A DNA stretch of 64,000 nt, from assembly GCA_944391965.1 (NCBI GenBank), contig CALXVH010000003.1:22551-86550 (forward strand). The letters run 5' to 3'. Made by a program: the position numbers and the translations under genes. The first letter of the stretch is position 1, and the number at the start of each line of letters is the position of its first letter. This document shows, piece after piece, positions 38,098 through 47,994 of this stretch. Under the pieces are notes generated by a model, which ran no database searches, was not told where the DNA came from, and saw only the letters and a program-made list of their open reading frames with translations. Origin of the DNA: an uncultured Clostridia bacterium (GTDB lineage: Bacteria > Bacillota > Clostridia > TANB77 > CAG-508).

Positions 38098-41000
38098 CTA
38101 TTTTAATTTCATAGAAAGTAGTTTACTAATTCCGTTTTCTTCCATTGTTATTCCATATACTGTATCTGCTGCTTCCATAGTACCTTTTCTATGTGTAATT
38201 ACTAAGAATTGTGTATCTTTTGCAAATTTCTTTAAGTATTCTGCATATCTGTTAACATTAACATCATCTAGTGCAGCTTCAATTTCATCTAATACACAGA
38301 ATGGTGCAGGATTTATTTTTAATATTGCAAATAGAATTGCAATAGCTGTAAATGCCTTCTCCCCACCAGATAATAAAGTCATGTTTTGAAGCTTCTTTCC
38401 TGGTGGTTGTACCCTAATATCTATTCCGCAGTTTAAAACATCATCTTCATTTTCTAAGATTAATTCTGCTTTTCCACCACCAAATAGTTCTTTAAATACT
38501 TCATCAAAGTTTTTATTAATAAGTTTAAATTTCTCTTTAAATTGTGCTTTCATAATAGTTATCATTTCTGAAATAACATTTCTAAGCTTTGCCATAGAGT
38601 TCTCTAAGTCTAGTCTTTGCTCACACATAAAGTCATATCTTTCTTTTAATGTTTGATATTCTTTAATAGAATCTATATTTATACTTCCTAAATCTCTTAT
38701 TTGATTTCTTAAATAATTAACTTCTTTTTGTGTTTTAGCTGGGTCTGTTGTTTTTACAAATCCCTCTGCATTATTAGGAGTCAATTCATACTCTTCCCAC
38801 ATTCTATTAATTACATCTTCTAAATCTTGAGAGATTTTATTTTTCTTTAGGTCAATTTTTACTAATTGCTCTTTTAAATCTTGCAATCTTCCAAATTGTT
38901 CTTCTATTTCTTTTTCTATTTTTTCTAATTCTGTGTTCTTTTCATTTTTATTTTTCTTTAATTCTTCTATTTTTGAACCACTATTTTTTACATTTTCTTT
39001 TATCTCTATAATTTTTGCTTTAAATTCTTCTATTTGTGCTCTTAAATTTTCTTCTTCCTGTTTATTTTGCTCTATTTGTTCATTTTTAGCTTTTATACTG
39101 TTTTTATTATTTTGGATATCATTATTAATTCTTTCTGTCATTTCATCTATTGACATTTCGCTTTCTTCAAAAGAAGATACAGATATTTTTAAATTTGTTA
39201 TATCCATATTTAAATTATCTATATATGTTTGATCATCTTTATTTAATTTAACAAATTCTTCTACTTCTAAATTTAAAGTTTGTATTTCTTTTTCTAGATT
39301 TGCTAAATCCTCTATTAATTTTTCCTTATGCTCTGCAATATCTTTTTTCTGCTTATTTAAGTGTTCTATCTCTTGTTTCGTTTTATCCATTCTAATTGTT
39401 AATTTATCTACATTTTCAGATATTAATTCCACTTTTTGTTTTTGTGTAGCATATTCTATATCTATCTCCTGTAAATTATTTTCTAAGTGTTCTATTGTCT
39501 CTAATAATTCTTCTATGCTATCTAAATATTCTTCTTTCTCTTTTTCTTTGTTTTTTAATTTAGTCTTTAGTTTATTTAATTCTTCTTTTAATGCCTCTAT
39601 TTCTCTACTTCTTCCTAGAATATTTACAGTTTTAGTTTGTACTGAACCACCTGTCATTGCACCAGAAGAATTAATTATATCACCTTTTAATGTTACAACT
39701 CTAAATGCATAATTATTCTTTTTAGCAACTGCAATTCCAGCTTCCATATCATCTACAATAACTGTTCTTCCTAATAAATTGTTAAATATTCCATCATATT
39801 TTTTATCATATTGTACCAAATCAGAAGCAATTCCAATTACACCTTTAATATTTAAGTTTGCTCTGTCTAATTTTTTTCCTTTAACAGCTGAAATAGGTAA
39901 AAATGTTACTCTTCCTAAATTGTTTTTTCTTAAATATTCAATTAATTTTTTAGCTTCTTGTTCTGTTTCTGTAACTACATTTTGAAGACTTGCTCCTAAT
40001 GACATTTCTATTGCAACTTCATATTCTTTTTTTACATTTAATAAGTTGGCTACAACATCATGTAATCCTTTTTTAAGTTCTGGATTCATATCTGCTGATT
40101 TAAGTAAAGCTTTAACACTTTTGGTATAACCTTCTTTTTCTTTTTCAGTTTCTTCTAAAAATTTTAATCTGGCTTCTTTTATTCTTATTTCTTGGCCTAA
40201 ATTATTAATTTCTGTTTCAAAACTTTTTATTTTATTATCAGCCTCTATTTTTTTATTCTCTATCTCACTTAGATCATTTTTTAATTTATTTCTTTTTGAC
40301 TCTATCTCGATAAAGTTTTGCTCAATTTCACTCTTCTTTAATCTTGACTGATCTAATTCAGAAATTGTAAGTTCTAATTCTTCTGTTTTAGCTTTTATAT
40401 TTTTTTCTACAGAATCTGTAGTTACATCTTGTGTATTTATATCATTTTGTACTTCGTATTTTTTATCTGTATTTTCTTCGATTGTCTTCTTTTTCTTTTC
40501 TATTTCTAATTGCTTATCAGATAATTTTGCAGTTAATTGGTTTAATTCTTCTTCCTTTTCTTTTAATTCTTTTTCGAATTTTTCTTTATTGTTAAATAGA
40601 TTTTCTTTTTTAGCTATTTTTTGTTTCTTTTCTTCTTCTAATTCTACTATTTTCTCATTTATCTCTGCGATTTCTGTTTCATATCTTTTATTATTTTCTT
40701 GTATATTATTAATTCTTTCTTCTGATACATTTATATTAGAATTTATTTTCTCTATCTGATTAGAACTTTCAAAACCAATATTTTGCATAGATTCTATTTC
40801 TTCTATTAAATTATTTATCTCTACTTTTAATTTGTTCTTTTTCTCGTTCTTTTCTTCTTGGCTTTTTTGTTCATTTTCATAAGTTGAATTCATAATATCT
40901 TCATCAGCAGTTATTTTTTCTAATCTTTCTTTATATAAATCGATATTATATAAGAATAAGCCAACTTCTATACCTTTTAATTCCTCTCTTAAGCTTAAAA

Positions 41001-41643
41001 ACTTTTTAGCCTTTTCTGACTGAATTTTTAAAGGTTCCATATTATTTTCTATTTCTGCTAAAATATCATTAATTCTTAATAAATTTAATTTCGCTCTTTC
41101 TAGTTTCTTTTCTGAATCTTCTTTTCTGCTACGATATTTTACAATTCCTGCTGCTTCTTCAAAAATATGTCTTCTATCTTCAGATTTATTACTTAATATT
41201 TCGTCTATTTTTCCTTGACCAATAATTGAATATCCATCTTTACCAATACCGGTATCCATAAATAATTCTAGAATATCTTTTAATCTACAAGGAGTTTTGT
41301 TTATAAAATAACCTGTTTCCCCTGTTCTATATATTCTTCTTGTAACTGTTACTTCTGCATATTCTATTGGTAATTTACCATCATCATTATTAAAAACTAA
41401 AGATGCTTCTGCAAAACCTAAAGATTTCCTGTTTTGAGTTCCTGCAAAAATTATGTCTTCTGATTTTGCACCTCTTAATGATTTTATACTTTGTTCTCCT
41501 AATACCCAACGAATTGCATCAGATATATTACTTTTTCCAGATCCATTTGGTCCTATAACTGTTGTAATTCCTGGCATAAATTCTAAAACTGTTTTATCTG
41601 CAAAGGATTTAAATCCTTGTAACTCTAATCTTTTTAAATACAT
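38098..41643 (-). CDS. smc: chromosome segregation protein SMC
   Basis: Trimmed to MYLKRLELQGFKSF (RBS AAGGTGA). It has Walker A GPNGSGKSN, long coiled coils, a hinge and the signature LSGGEK. Confidence 0.95.
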   Translation of the reverse strand: MYLKRLELQGFKSFADKTVLEFMPGITTVIGPNGSGKSNISDAIRWVLGEQSIKSLRGAKSEDIIFAGTQNRKSLGFAEASLVFNNDDGKLPIEYAEVTVTRRIYRTGETGYFINKTPCRLKDILELFMDTGIGKDGYSIIGQGKIDEILSNKSEDRRHIFEEAAGIVKYRSRKEDSEKKLERAKLNLLRINDILAEIENNMEPLKIQSEKAKKFLSLREELKGIEVGLFLYNIDLYKERLEKITADEDIMNSTYENEQKSQEEKNEKKNKLKVEINNLIEEIESMQNIGFESSNQIEKINSNINVSEERINNIQENNKRYETEIAEINEKIVELEEEKKQKIAKKENLFNNKEKFEKELKEKEEELNQLTAKLSDKQLEIEKKKKTIEENTDKKYEVQNDINTQDVTTDSVEKNIKAKTEELELTISELDQSRLKKSEIEQNFIEIESKRNKLKNDLSEIENKKIEADNKIKSFETEINNLGQEIRIKEARLKFLEETEKEKEGYTKSVKALLKSADMNPELKKGLHDVVANLLNVKKEYEVAIEMSLGASLQNVVTETEQEAKKLIEYLRKNNLGRVTFLPISAVKGKKLDRANLNIKGVIGIASDLVQYDKKYDGIFNNLLGRTVIVDDMEAGIAVAKKNNYAFRVVTLKGDIINSSGAMTGGSVQTKTVNILGRSREIEALKEELNKLKTKLKNKEKEKEEYLDSIEELLETIEHLENNLQEIDIEYATQKQKVELISENVDKLTIRMDKTKQEIEHLNKQKKDIAEHKEKLIEDLANLEKEIQTLNLEVEEFVKLNKDDQTYIDNLNMDITNLKISVSSFEESEMSIDEMTERINNDIQNNKNSIKAKNEQIEQNKQEEENLRAQIEEFKAKIIEIKENVKNSGSKIEELKKNKNEKNTELEKIEKEIEEQFGRLQDLKEQLVKIDLKKNKISQDLEDVINRMWEEYELTPNNAEGFVKTTDPAKTQKEVNYLRNQIRDLGSINIDSIKEYQTLKERYDFMCEQRLDLENSMAKLRNVISEMITIMKAQFKEKFKLINKNFDEVFKELFGGGKAELILENEDDVLNCGIDIRVQPPGKKLQNMTLLSGGEKAFTAIAILFAILKINPAPFCVLDEIEAALDDVNVNRYAEYLKKFAKDTQFLVITHRKGTMEAADTVYGITMEENGISKLLSMKLK

Positions 41644-41808
41644 TATAATCACCTTTTTATCTTTTTGTACTTCTTTATAATATATTAAAAATCGATATAA
41701 ATCAACAATATATTGAACTTTATTTCATTTAATGATATTATAATTTCGAAAAAAATATTGAATTATTTACATAGCAAAAAGTAATACTATTTACAAAGGA
41801 GTTTTAAA

Positions 41809-42699
41809 ATGATTAAAGAAAAATTTGACTTTTATGATAAAACTGTCTTAAAATCTTACGATTTAGATTCAACAGCTAGATATCAATTAAAAATGCTAGA
41901 TTCTCTAGATAATTTTACAAGGAAACATTCTGAAGGTGTAGCAAATATAACTTGTAGAATCTGTGACTATCTTCATTTAAATAAAGATTTTACTACTTAT
42001 TGTACAACTTGTGCATATTTACATGATATTGGTAAAATGTTTATTCCACCATCTATTCTTCAAAAACCTGCAAAACTTACAGATGAAGAATATGAAATCA
42101 TGAAAACACATACAACTATTGGATATAAAATGTGTATGAATGACGTTAATTTAAGACCTTATTCAGCTGGTCCTAAATGTCACCACGAAGCATTAAATGG
42201 TAAAGGTTATCCTGAGGGCTTAAAAGGTGATGATATACCAATAGAGGCACAAATTATTAGAGTAGCCGATGAATTTGATGCAATTGTTAGTAAAAGACAA
42301 TATAAATCACACGTTGGTATTATTGATACTTTAAAAATATTAATTGAAAATGCACATAATGGAAAAAATAACATTCCAGCTACAAAAGCTTTAAAAAAAG
42401 TTGTAATAGATGATACAATTTACGAAATTTCATGTGCTTTTAACTATTTAGATTACTTAAAAGATAATATAAAGAGACTTCAACAAATAAAAAAATATTA
42501 TGATAAGATGAATTCTTCAAATTCTGATAAACAAAAGAATTATTACTTAGAAGGTATGAAAATGCTATTTGATAAAGGTGAAACCGTAGAAAACTTCGAG
42601 GAAATCCTTGATGAATATAAGAAAGCTTTAGCAGACAAAGAATCACATATAGATAAGTTAAATACAGAATTAAAAGAAATCAGAAAATTAAAAATATAA
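41809..42699 (+). CDS. HD-GYP domain protein, paralogue 1
   Basis: Motifs HSEGVA, YLHDIGK and HHEALNGKGYPEG are present. No sensor domain is evident. Confidence 0.8.
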   Translation: MIKEKFDFYDKTVLKSYDLDSTARYQLKMLDSLDNFTRKHSEGVANITCRICDYLHLNKDFTTYCTTCAYLHDIGKMFIPPSILQKPAKLTDEEYEIMKTHTTIGYKMCMNDVNLRPYSAGPKCHHEALNGKGYPEGLKGDDIPIEAQIIRVADEFDAIVSKRQYKSHVGIIDTLKILIENAHNGKNNIPATKALKKVVIDDTIYEISCAFNYLDYLKDNIKRLQQIKKYYDKMNSSNSDKQKNYYLEGMKMLFDKGETVENFEEILDEYKKALADKESHIDKLNTELKEIRKLKI

Positions 42700-42722
42700 T
42701 TTTTACAAAAGAGGAGTATTAA

Positions 42723-43661
42723 ATGTTTGAGGAAAAATTTGATTTTTATGATAAAACAACTTTAAAATCATATAATTTAGATATCACTATGAGATATCAG
42801 TTAACTATGCTAGATAGTTTAGACCCCTTTACAAGAATTCATAGTGAAAATGTTGCAAGTATTACATGTAGGTTATGCGAATATTTACGTTGCGATAAGA
42901 ATTTTACTGCTTATTGTACTATTTGTGCATATTTACATGATATTGGTAAAATGTTTATTCCTGCAAAAATACTAAATAAACCTGACAAATTAACAGACGA
43001 AGAATTTTCTATAATGAAAACACATACACTTATAGGCTATAAAATGTGTATGGATGATATTAAATTAAGACCTTATGCACTAGGTCCAAAATATCATCAT
43101 GAAACTTTGGATGGTACAGGATATCCAGAAGGATTAGTTGGAAATTTAATTCCATATGAAGATCAAATTATAAAGGTTGCAGATGACTATGATGCATTAG
43201 TTACTAAAAGACAATATAAAACTCATATTCATATATCAGATACTTTAAAAGATTTAATTAAAGATACTGAACCAAATGTAAAAGTGGCAGCTCTTGATAA
43301 TGCAGCTCAAGGTGTAAAACTTGGAAAACTTAATAAAAAAGTTGTAAAGGCTTTATTTAAAGTTGTTATTGATGATACTTACTATGAAATTAGTTGTGTT
43401 ACAGGCTATGTTGACTATTTAAAAGATCAAATCAAAAGAATTGAACAAATCTTAGAATATGAAGAAAAAATGGATAAAGCTCATTCTGAAAAAAAGAAGA
43501 ATTACTATAAAGAAGGAATGGAAATGCTGTTTCAGGAAGGCGAAAATTTTGAAAATATTCATAAGATATATCATGAATATCAAACAGCATATTTAACAAG
43601 AAAAGAAATTGTAGAAAAATTATATGAAGAAATTAGAATCATAAAAAAATTACAAGTATAG
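42723..43661 (+). CDS. HD-GYP domain protein, paralogue 2
   Basis: Motifs HSENVA, YLHDIGK and HHETLDGTGYPEG are present. It is collinear with paralogue 1 from FDFYDKT to the C-terminal coiled coil. Confidence 0.8.
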   Translation: MFEEKFDFYDKTTLKSYNLDITMRYQLTMLDSLDPFTRIHSENVASITCRLCEYLRCDKNFTAYCTICAYLHDIGKMFIPAKILNKPDKLTDEEFSIMKTHTLIGYKMCMDDIKLRPYALGPKYHHETLDGTGYPEGLVGNLIPYEDQIIKVADDYDALVTKRQYKTHIHISDTLKDLIKDTEPNVKVAALDNAAQGVKLGKLNKKVVKALFKVVIDDTYYEISCVTGYVDYLKDQIKRIEQILEYEEKMDKAHSEKKKNYYKEGMEMLFQEGENFENIHKIYHEYQTAYLTRKEIVEKLYEEIRIIKKLQV

Positions 43662-43731
43662 GGATTTTGGGATGTTTCTTCGGTATTTGAGGGCATTCCT
43701 TCGGGATTTAGGGACGTTCCTTAAATCCCTA
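43659..43731 (+). repeat. REP-like element cluster (3 units), locus R8
   Basis: TAGGGATTTTGGGATGTTTCTTCGG, then TATTTGAGGGCATTCCTTCG, then GGATTTAGGGACGTTCCTTAAATCCCTA. Confidence 0.85.
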
Positions 43732-43750
43732 TTTTATTTGAATTATAATT

Positions 43751-43795
43751 CAAAAAAAGAACGTTCTAACCTTCTCCTCTGGAGAAAATCAGAAC
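43751..43795 (-). terminator. terminator after mazF
   Basis: The minus strand reads GTTCTGATTTTCTCC-AGA-GGAGAAGGTTAGAAC, then GTTCTTTTTTT. Confidence 0.65.
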
Positions 43796-43807
43796 GTCAC
43801 ATTATCA

Positions 43808-44158
43808 TTATTCATCTAAACCAAAACTAACGCCAAGTGCATTATTTATCTTTCCAATAATTTCATCATTGTCTATATGTCCTATTCTCTCTTTTAATCT
43901 ACTTTTGTCTATTGTTCTAATCTGTTCTGCAAGTACTATAGAATCTGATTTTAAGCCAAAATCTTTTGAATTAATTTCTATATGTGTAGGCAACTTATTT
44001 TTAGTTTTTTGAGATGTAATTGCAGCAGCAATTACAGTTGGACTATATTTATTTCCTAAATCATTTTGTATAATTAAAACTGGTCTAATTCCCCCTTGTT
44101 CTGAGCCAACAACAGGACTTAAATCTGCATAAAACATGTCGCCTCTTTTAATATTCAT
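43808..44158 (-). CDS. mazF: MazF/PemK-family endoribonuclease toxin
   Basis: Trimmed to [33 protein letters not shown]. The family pattern runs throughout the protein. Confidence 0.88.
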   Translation of the reverse strand: MNIKRGDMFYADLSPVVGSEQGGIRPVLIIQNDLGNKYSPTVIAAAITSQKTKNKLPTHIEINSKDFGLKSDSIVLAEQIRTIDKSRLKERIGHIDNDEIIGKINNALGVSFGLDE

Positions 44159-44230
44159 TTTCTTCACTCCCATTATTAGTATATATCTTGTTTTAAATAC
44201 TAGCTCGAGATAAAGAAAATAGTTTTTTTA

Positions 44231-44827
44231 CTACTTATAACTTATCTCATTATATAATATGTAAACAGTTATATTTTGGTTAATGTCTTGTACTTCTAAT
44301 TTTTTTGGTTTATTTGTTTTTTTATCTATTGTTAATTTCTTTTTTATTTGATACTTGTTCTCCTGTGTTTTACAATCTGTTTGTAATATAATTTCATCTT
44401 CTGTTTCTTCTTTTTTTGAATTACTATCATTATTAAAATCTTTTATAAATTCATTTAAAAATAAATTATTTTCTGTAATGTATTTATAATTTTCATATAC
44501 ATTTGTAAGATTTAAATCACTATTTTTTAAAGTTAATGTATTATTATTATATTCAATTCTTACTCCTCTTATATTTTCTGGCTCTTCTATTTCTTGTAAA
44601 CAATATTCTCCATTTTTGTACTCTTGTATCATCTTATATTTATTAGTATTTTTATTACTTACTATAGTTACTTCTATTTTAGCTTTATACGAGTTCATAT
44701 TTAAAATTTGATTACTATCATTATTCCCAATTTCGATTTTTTTATTATTGTTCACTGTAAAAAAAATTATTAAAGAAATTATTATTATAGCAAAAATCAA
44801 AAAAATAATTAATATATTTTTTTTCAT
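44231..44827 (-). CDS. hypothetical N-terminally anchored extracytoplasmic protein
   Basis: 198 aa with one N-terminal TM helix and an extremely AT-rich coding sequence. A LolA/GerS-like fold is only a guess. Confidence 0.6.
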   Translation of the reverse strand: MKKNILIIFLIFAIIIISLIIFFTVNNNKKIEIGNNDSNQILNMNSYKAKIEVTIVSNKNTNKYKMIQEYKNGEYCLQEIEEPENIRGVRIEYNNNTLTLKNSDLNLTNVYENYKYITENNLFLNEFIKDFNNDSNSKKEETEDEIILQTDCKTQENKYQIKKKLTIDKKTNKPKKLEVQDINQNITVYILYNEISYK

Positions 44828-44903
44828 AAAAACCTCCTAATGAATTAACTCATATAAAATAAAAAAAAGAATAGTATATATACTATTCTTTTTCTAATTT
44901 TAT

Positions 44904-45887
44904 TCAATTATTTTTTAGATATTCGAAATATGTTTTTATTTCATTTAACAATTCATCTTTATCTATAATTCTATTTATTCTATCTCTCACTTGACTTGCA
45001 TCTTTTAAATTCTTTATATACCAACTTAACTGTTTTCTCATTTCTTTTATGGCAACTTCTTCTCCTCTTTCTTCTATTTCCATATTTATATGTCTTACCA
45101 TTGTATTATATCTTTCATCTAGAGTTGGCTTTTCTAATTTTTCTCCAGTTTTTAAATAATGTATTATCTCTCTAAAAATCCATGGGTTTCCAAAAGCTGC
45201 TCTTCCAATCATTATTCCATCTACATTTGTATATTTTAACATTTCTTCTGCTGTTTCTTCATCAACTATGTCTCCATTACCTATTACTGGAATTTTAACA
45301 CTTTTTTTAACTTCTTTTATAATATCCCAATCCGCTTTTCCAGAATAAAACTCTTTTCTAGTTCTACCATGAATTATAATAGCTGAGCCACCTGCTTTTT
45401 CTATTATTTGTGCTGCTTGAACTGCTACAATATTATTTTCATCCCAACCTTTTCTTATTTTAAAAGTAATTGGTTTATCGGTATTCTCTCTAATTGCAAT
45501 AACTATTTTTTCTATTAAGTCTAAATGTAATAATAAGTTACTACCATCACCATTTTTAACTATTTTTGGTGCAGGACATCCCATATTAAAATCTATAATA
45601 TCGGCAATTTTGTCTATTTCTTGTGTTGCATATTTTATCGCTTCTAAATCGCTACCAAATAATTGAATACTAATTGGCTTTTTCTCTCCATCTAAATTAT
45701 ATAATTTTTTAGTCTTATTATCATGATAATAAATTGCTTTTGCACTTACCATTTCTGTTGTAGTAAGACCTACTCCCATTTCTTTACATAAAATTCTAAA
45801 TGATTTATCTGTAATTCCTGCCATAGGTGCTAAAAATACATTATTTTCTAATTCTAAATTTCCAATCTTTATACTTTTTAAATACAA
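44904..45887 (-). CDS. dus: tRNA-dihydrouridine synthase
   Basis: The start is TTG after GGAGAG. It has LAPMAGITD, NMGCP and the overall family layout. Confidence 0.9.
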   Translation of the reverse strand: MYLKSIKIGNLELENNVFLAPMAGITDKSFRILCKEMGVGLTTTEMVSAKAIYYHDNKTKKLYNLDGEKKPISIQLFGSDLEAIKYATQEIDKIADIIDFNMGCPAPKIVKNGDGSNLLLHLDLIEKIVIAIRENTDKPITFKIRKGWDENNIVAVQAAQIIEKAGGSAIIIHGRTRKEFYSGKADWDIIKEVKKSVKIPVIGNGDIVDEETAEEMLKYTNVDGIMIGRAAFGNPWIFREIIHYLKTGEKLEKPTLDERYNTMVRHINMEIEERGEEVAIKEMRKQLSWYIKNLKDASQVRDRINRIIDKDELLNEIKTYFEYLKNN

Positions 45888-45932
45888 ATTTTTTCTCTCC
45901 TTAATTTTTACTATTAAAATATTCTAAGCTAC

Positions 45933-46007
45933 AAAAGTTGAAAGCATTAGCCTCTATCAAAATCTTTGATTCTATAAATTGGTTTGGCCAATATGCTTTC
46001 AACTTTT
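45933..46007 (-). other. 75-nt nested stem-loop structure in the rodA-dus intergenic region
   Basis: The outer 15-bp stem is AAAAGTTGAAAGCAT / ATGCTTTCAACTTTT. It encloses two small hairpins, ATCAAA..TTTGAT and ATTGG..CCAAT. Confidence 0.5.
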
Positions 46008-46010
46008 ATA

Positions 46011-47117
46011 TTATTCTATAAATATTGCTTTTTGTCTTCTACCACTTATATTTAATAATAATGCTATTAAAATAAAGTTAGTTAATAATGAACTTCCTCC
46101 ATAGCTTACAAATGGTAATGGTACACCAGTTATTGGTAATAAGCCCATTGTCATTCCTATATTCTCAACCATATGGAATAAAAATATTCCTGCTATTCCT
46201 ATTGCAATATATGTCCCGAGGTCATCTTTTGCTGTCTTTGCTACATATATTGATTTTGTTATCAGTATTACATATATTATTATTACACTACCTGCAACTA
46301 TAAATCCCATCTCTTCTCCAATAACAGAGAAAATAAAGTCTGTTGTTTTTGGATATAAGAAACCTAATTGAGTTTGATTACCTTTCAATAATCCCATACC
46401 TGTTAATTGACCTGCTCCTATTGCAAGTTTTGATTGTGTTAAATTGTATCCTGAACCACGTGGATCTGATTCTGGGTTTAAAAATACTTCTATTCTTTCT
46501 TTAGCATGATCTGGTAATACAAAGAAATATAATAATGGAACTGCTATAACTACTAATAAAATAGTTCCTATAATATATTTCTTATTAATTCCCGCTGTAA
46601 ATAAAATCATTACAGTCGCAACTAAAAATGCTGCTGCTGTACCGTAATCAGGTTGTTTTATTATTAATAAAACTGGCACAGCCACTACTGCTAAAGAAAT
46701 TAATAATTTAGTAGGTCTATTTATCTCGTTCTTATCTTTTTCTTGTATCTTACACAATACCAGAGCCAGAAATAATATTACCGCTATTTTGGCAAATTCT
46801 GCTGGTTGAAAAGAAAAAACACCAAAATTGAACCAGCTTGTAGCACCATTTACTGAATCTGTAAATAAAACTCCAATTAGTAGTATCAGAACTATTCCAT
46901 AGAGGATAGGTGATATTTTTGCAATAGCTTCATAATCTATAAATATTATTATAAAAACTATAGGTATACAGATAACAAACCATATTATTTGTCTTTGTAA
47001 ACTAGTGTCTTCAGAATCATAAGTTGCAGAAAATAATGCCACCATTCCTATAACTGATAGAATAATACAACATATAAAAATTCCCCAGTCTATATTTTTT
47101 AAAATTTTCTTCTTCAT
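46011..47117 (-). CDS. rodA: SEDS-family peptidoglycan glycosyltransferase RodA
   Basis: It is a 10-TM SEDS protein with QPDYGTA. It lies next to minDE. Confidence 0.88.
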   Translation of the reverse strand: MKKKILKNIDWGIFICCIILSVIGMVALFSATYDSEDTSLQRQIIWFVICIPIVFIIIFIDYEAIAKISPILYGIVLILLIGVLFTDSVNGATSWFNFGVFSFQPAEFAKIAVILFLALVLCKIQEKDKNEINRPTKLLISLAVVAVPVLLIIKQPDYGTAAAFLVATVMILFTAGINKKYIIGTILLVVIAVPLLYFFVLPDHAKERIEVFLNPESDPRGSGYNLTQSKLAIGAGQLTGMGLLKGNQTQLGFLYPKTTDFIFSVIGEEMGFIVAGSVIIIYVILITKSIYVAKTAKDDLGTYIAIGIAGIFLFHMVENIGMTMGLLPITGVPLPFVSYGGSSLLTNFILIALLLNISGRRQKAIFIE

Positions 47118-47159
47118 TTTTCATCCTTTACGTATTTATTTTTATTAGTTATACATCCC

Positions 47160-47975
47160 TTATCTTCTACCTTTTCTTTTCTTATTTCTTCTTTTTCTAT
47201 TATTATGTATCACAGGTTCTTGTTTTAACTGTGTATTTGTTGTTAAATTATTATTTTCCTTTTTTACATTGTTTGTACTTACTTCATTTTTACTTTGTGC
47301 ATTCTCTTTTTCTTCTATTTTTTTATTGTCTGTTTCATCATTCTTTGTATTAGTATCTGTTTGAGATTCTTTGTTTTCAGTATTTTCTTCTATCTTACTT
47401 GACTTTACTTCTTCTTTTTTCACTTCTTCATTTTTTTGAATATCTTTATTTTCTTCATTTGGTTTTTCTGTCTTAATTTCTTCTGCTTTTACATCTTCTT
47501 TTTTATCTTCTACTTTATCTGTTATATTATTTTCTTCTACCTTAATTTCTTTTTTCTGTTCTATTTTATTATTTACTTCTTCATCTTTTTTTGCATTTTG
47601 AGTATCTTGATTATTAACATTCTTTTCTTCTATTTCTTGTTCTTGAACTTTTTCTACTACTTCGTCATCCATTTCCCCAGTATGTTTAATGCTAACAATT
47701 GGAATATTAGCATATAATGCTGGTGCTGAAGCTGTACCGTCTTCATTTGTCTTACTCGTCAAATGAACATCTATTTCTTTTTCATCAACATCGATATATT
47801 TTTTTATTACATCTATAATTTCTTGTTTCATCATTTCTAAGAAGTCAGCAGAAACGTTTGCTCTATCTTGCATTAATACTAGATGTAATCTTTCTTTTGC
47901 CATGTCTTTATTGTTTTCTTCTTCCTCTTCTTTTTTAAATATTTTTTTGAAGAAACCTACTATATTTTCGAACAT
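47160..47975 (-). CDS. minE: cell division topological specificity factor MinE with a ~165-aa low-complexity C-terminal extension
   Basis: The N-terminal amphipathic segment is FENIVGFFKKIFKK and the MinE core is AKERLHLVLMQDRANVSADFLEMMKQEIIDVIKKYI. A K/E/N-rich tail follows and ends RKRRNKKRKGRR. Confidence 0.8.
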   Translation of the reverse strand: MFENIVGFFKKIFKKEEEEENNKDMAKERLHLVLMQDRANVSADFLEMMKQEIIDVIKKYIDVDEKEIDVHLTSKTNEDGTASAPALYANIPIVSIKHTGEMDDEVVEKVQEQEIEEKNVNNQDTQNAKKDEEVNNKIEQKKEIKVEENNITDKVEDKKEDVKAEEIKTEKPNEENKDIQKNEEVKKEEVKSSKIEENTENKESQTDTNTKNDETDNKKIEEKENAQSKNEVSTNNVKKENNNLTTNTQLKQEPVIHNNRKRRNKKRKGRR

Positions 47976-47994
47976 ATTTTACCTCCAATGTTAA

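Noticed and set aside
44159-44230. Hidden MazE antitoxin ORF upstream of mazF
   Set aside because: The gap is too short for one and contains no ATG/GTG/TTG-initiated frame of useful length. I report this as an orphan toxin instead.
47436-47717. 93-aa plus-strand ORF (FFF/III-rich) opposite the minE tail
   Set aside because: It is the reverse reading of the K/E/N low-complexity tail and is not an independent gene.
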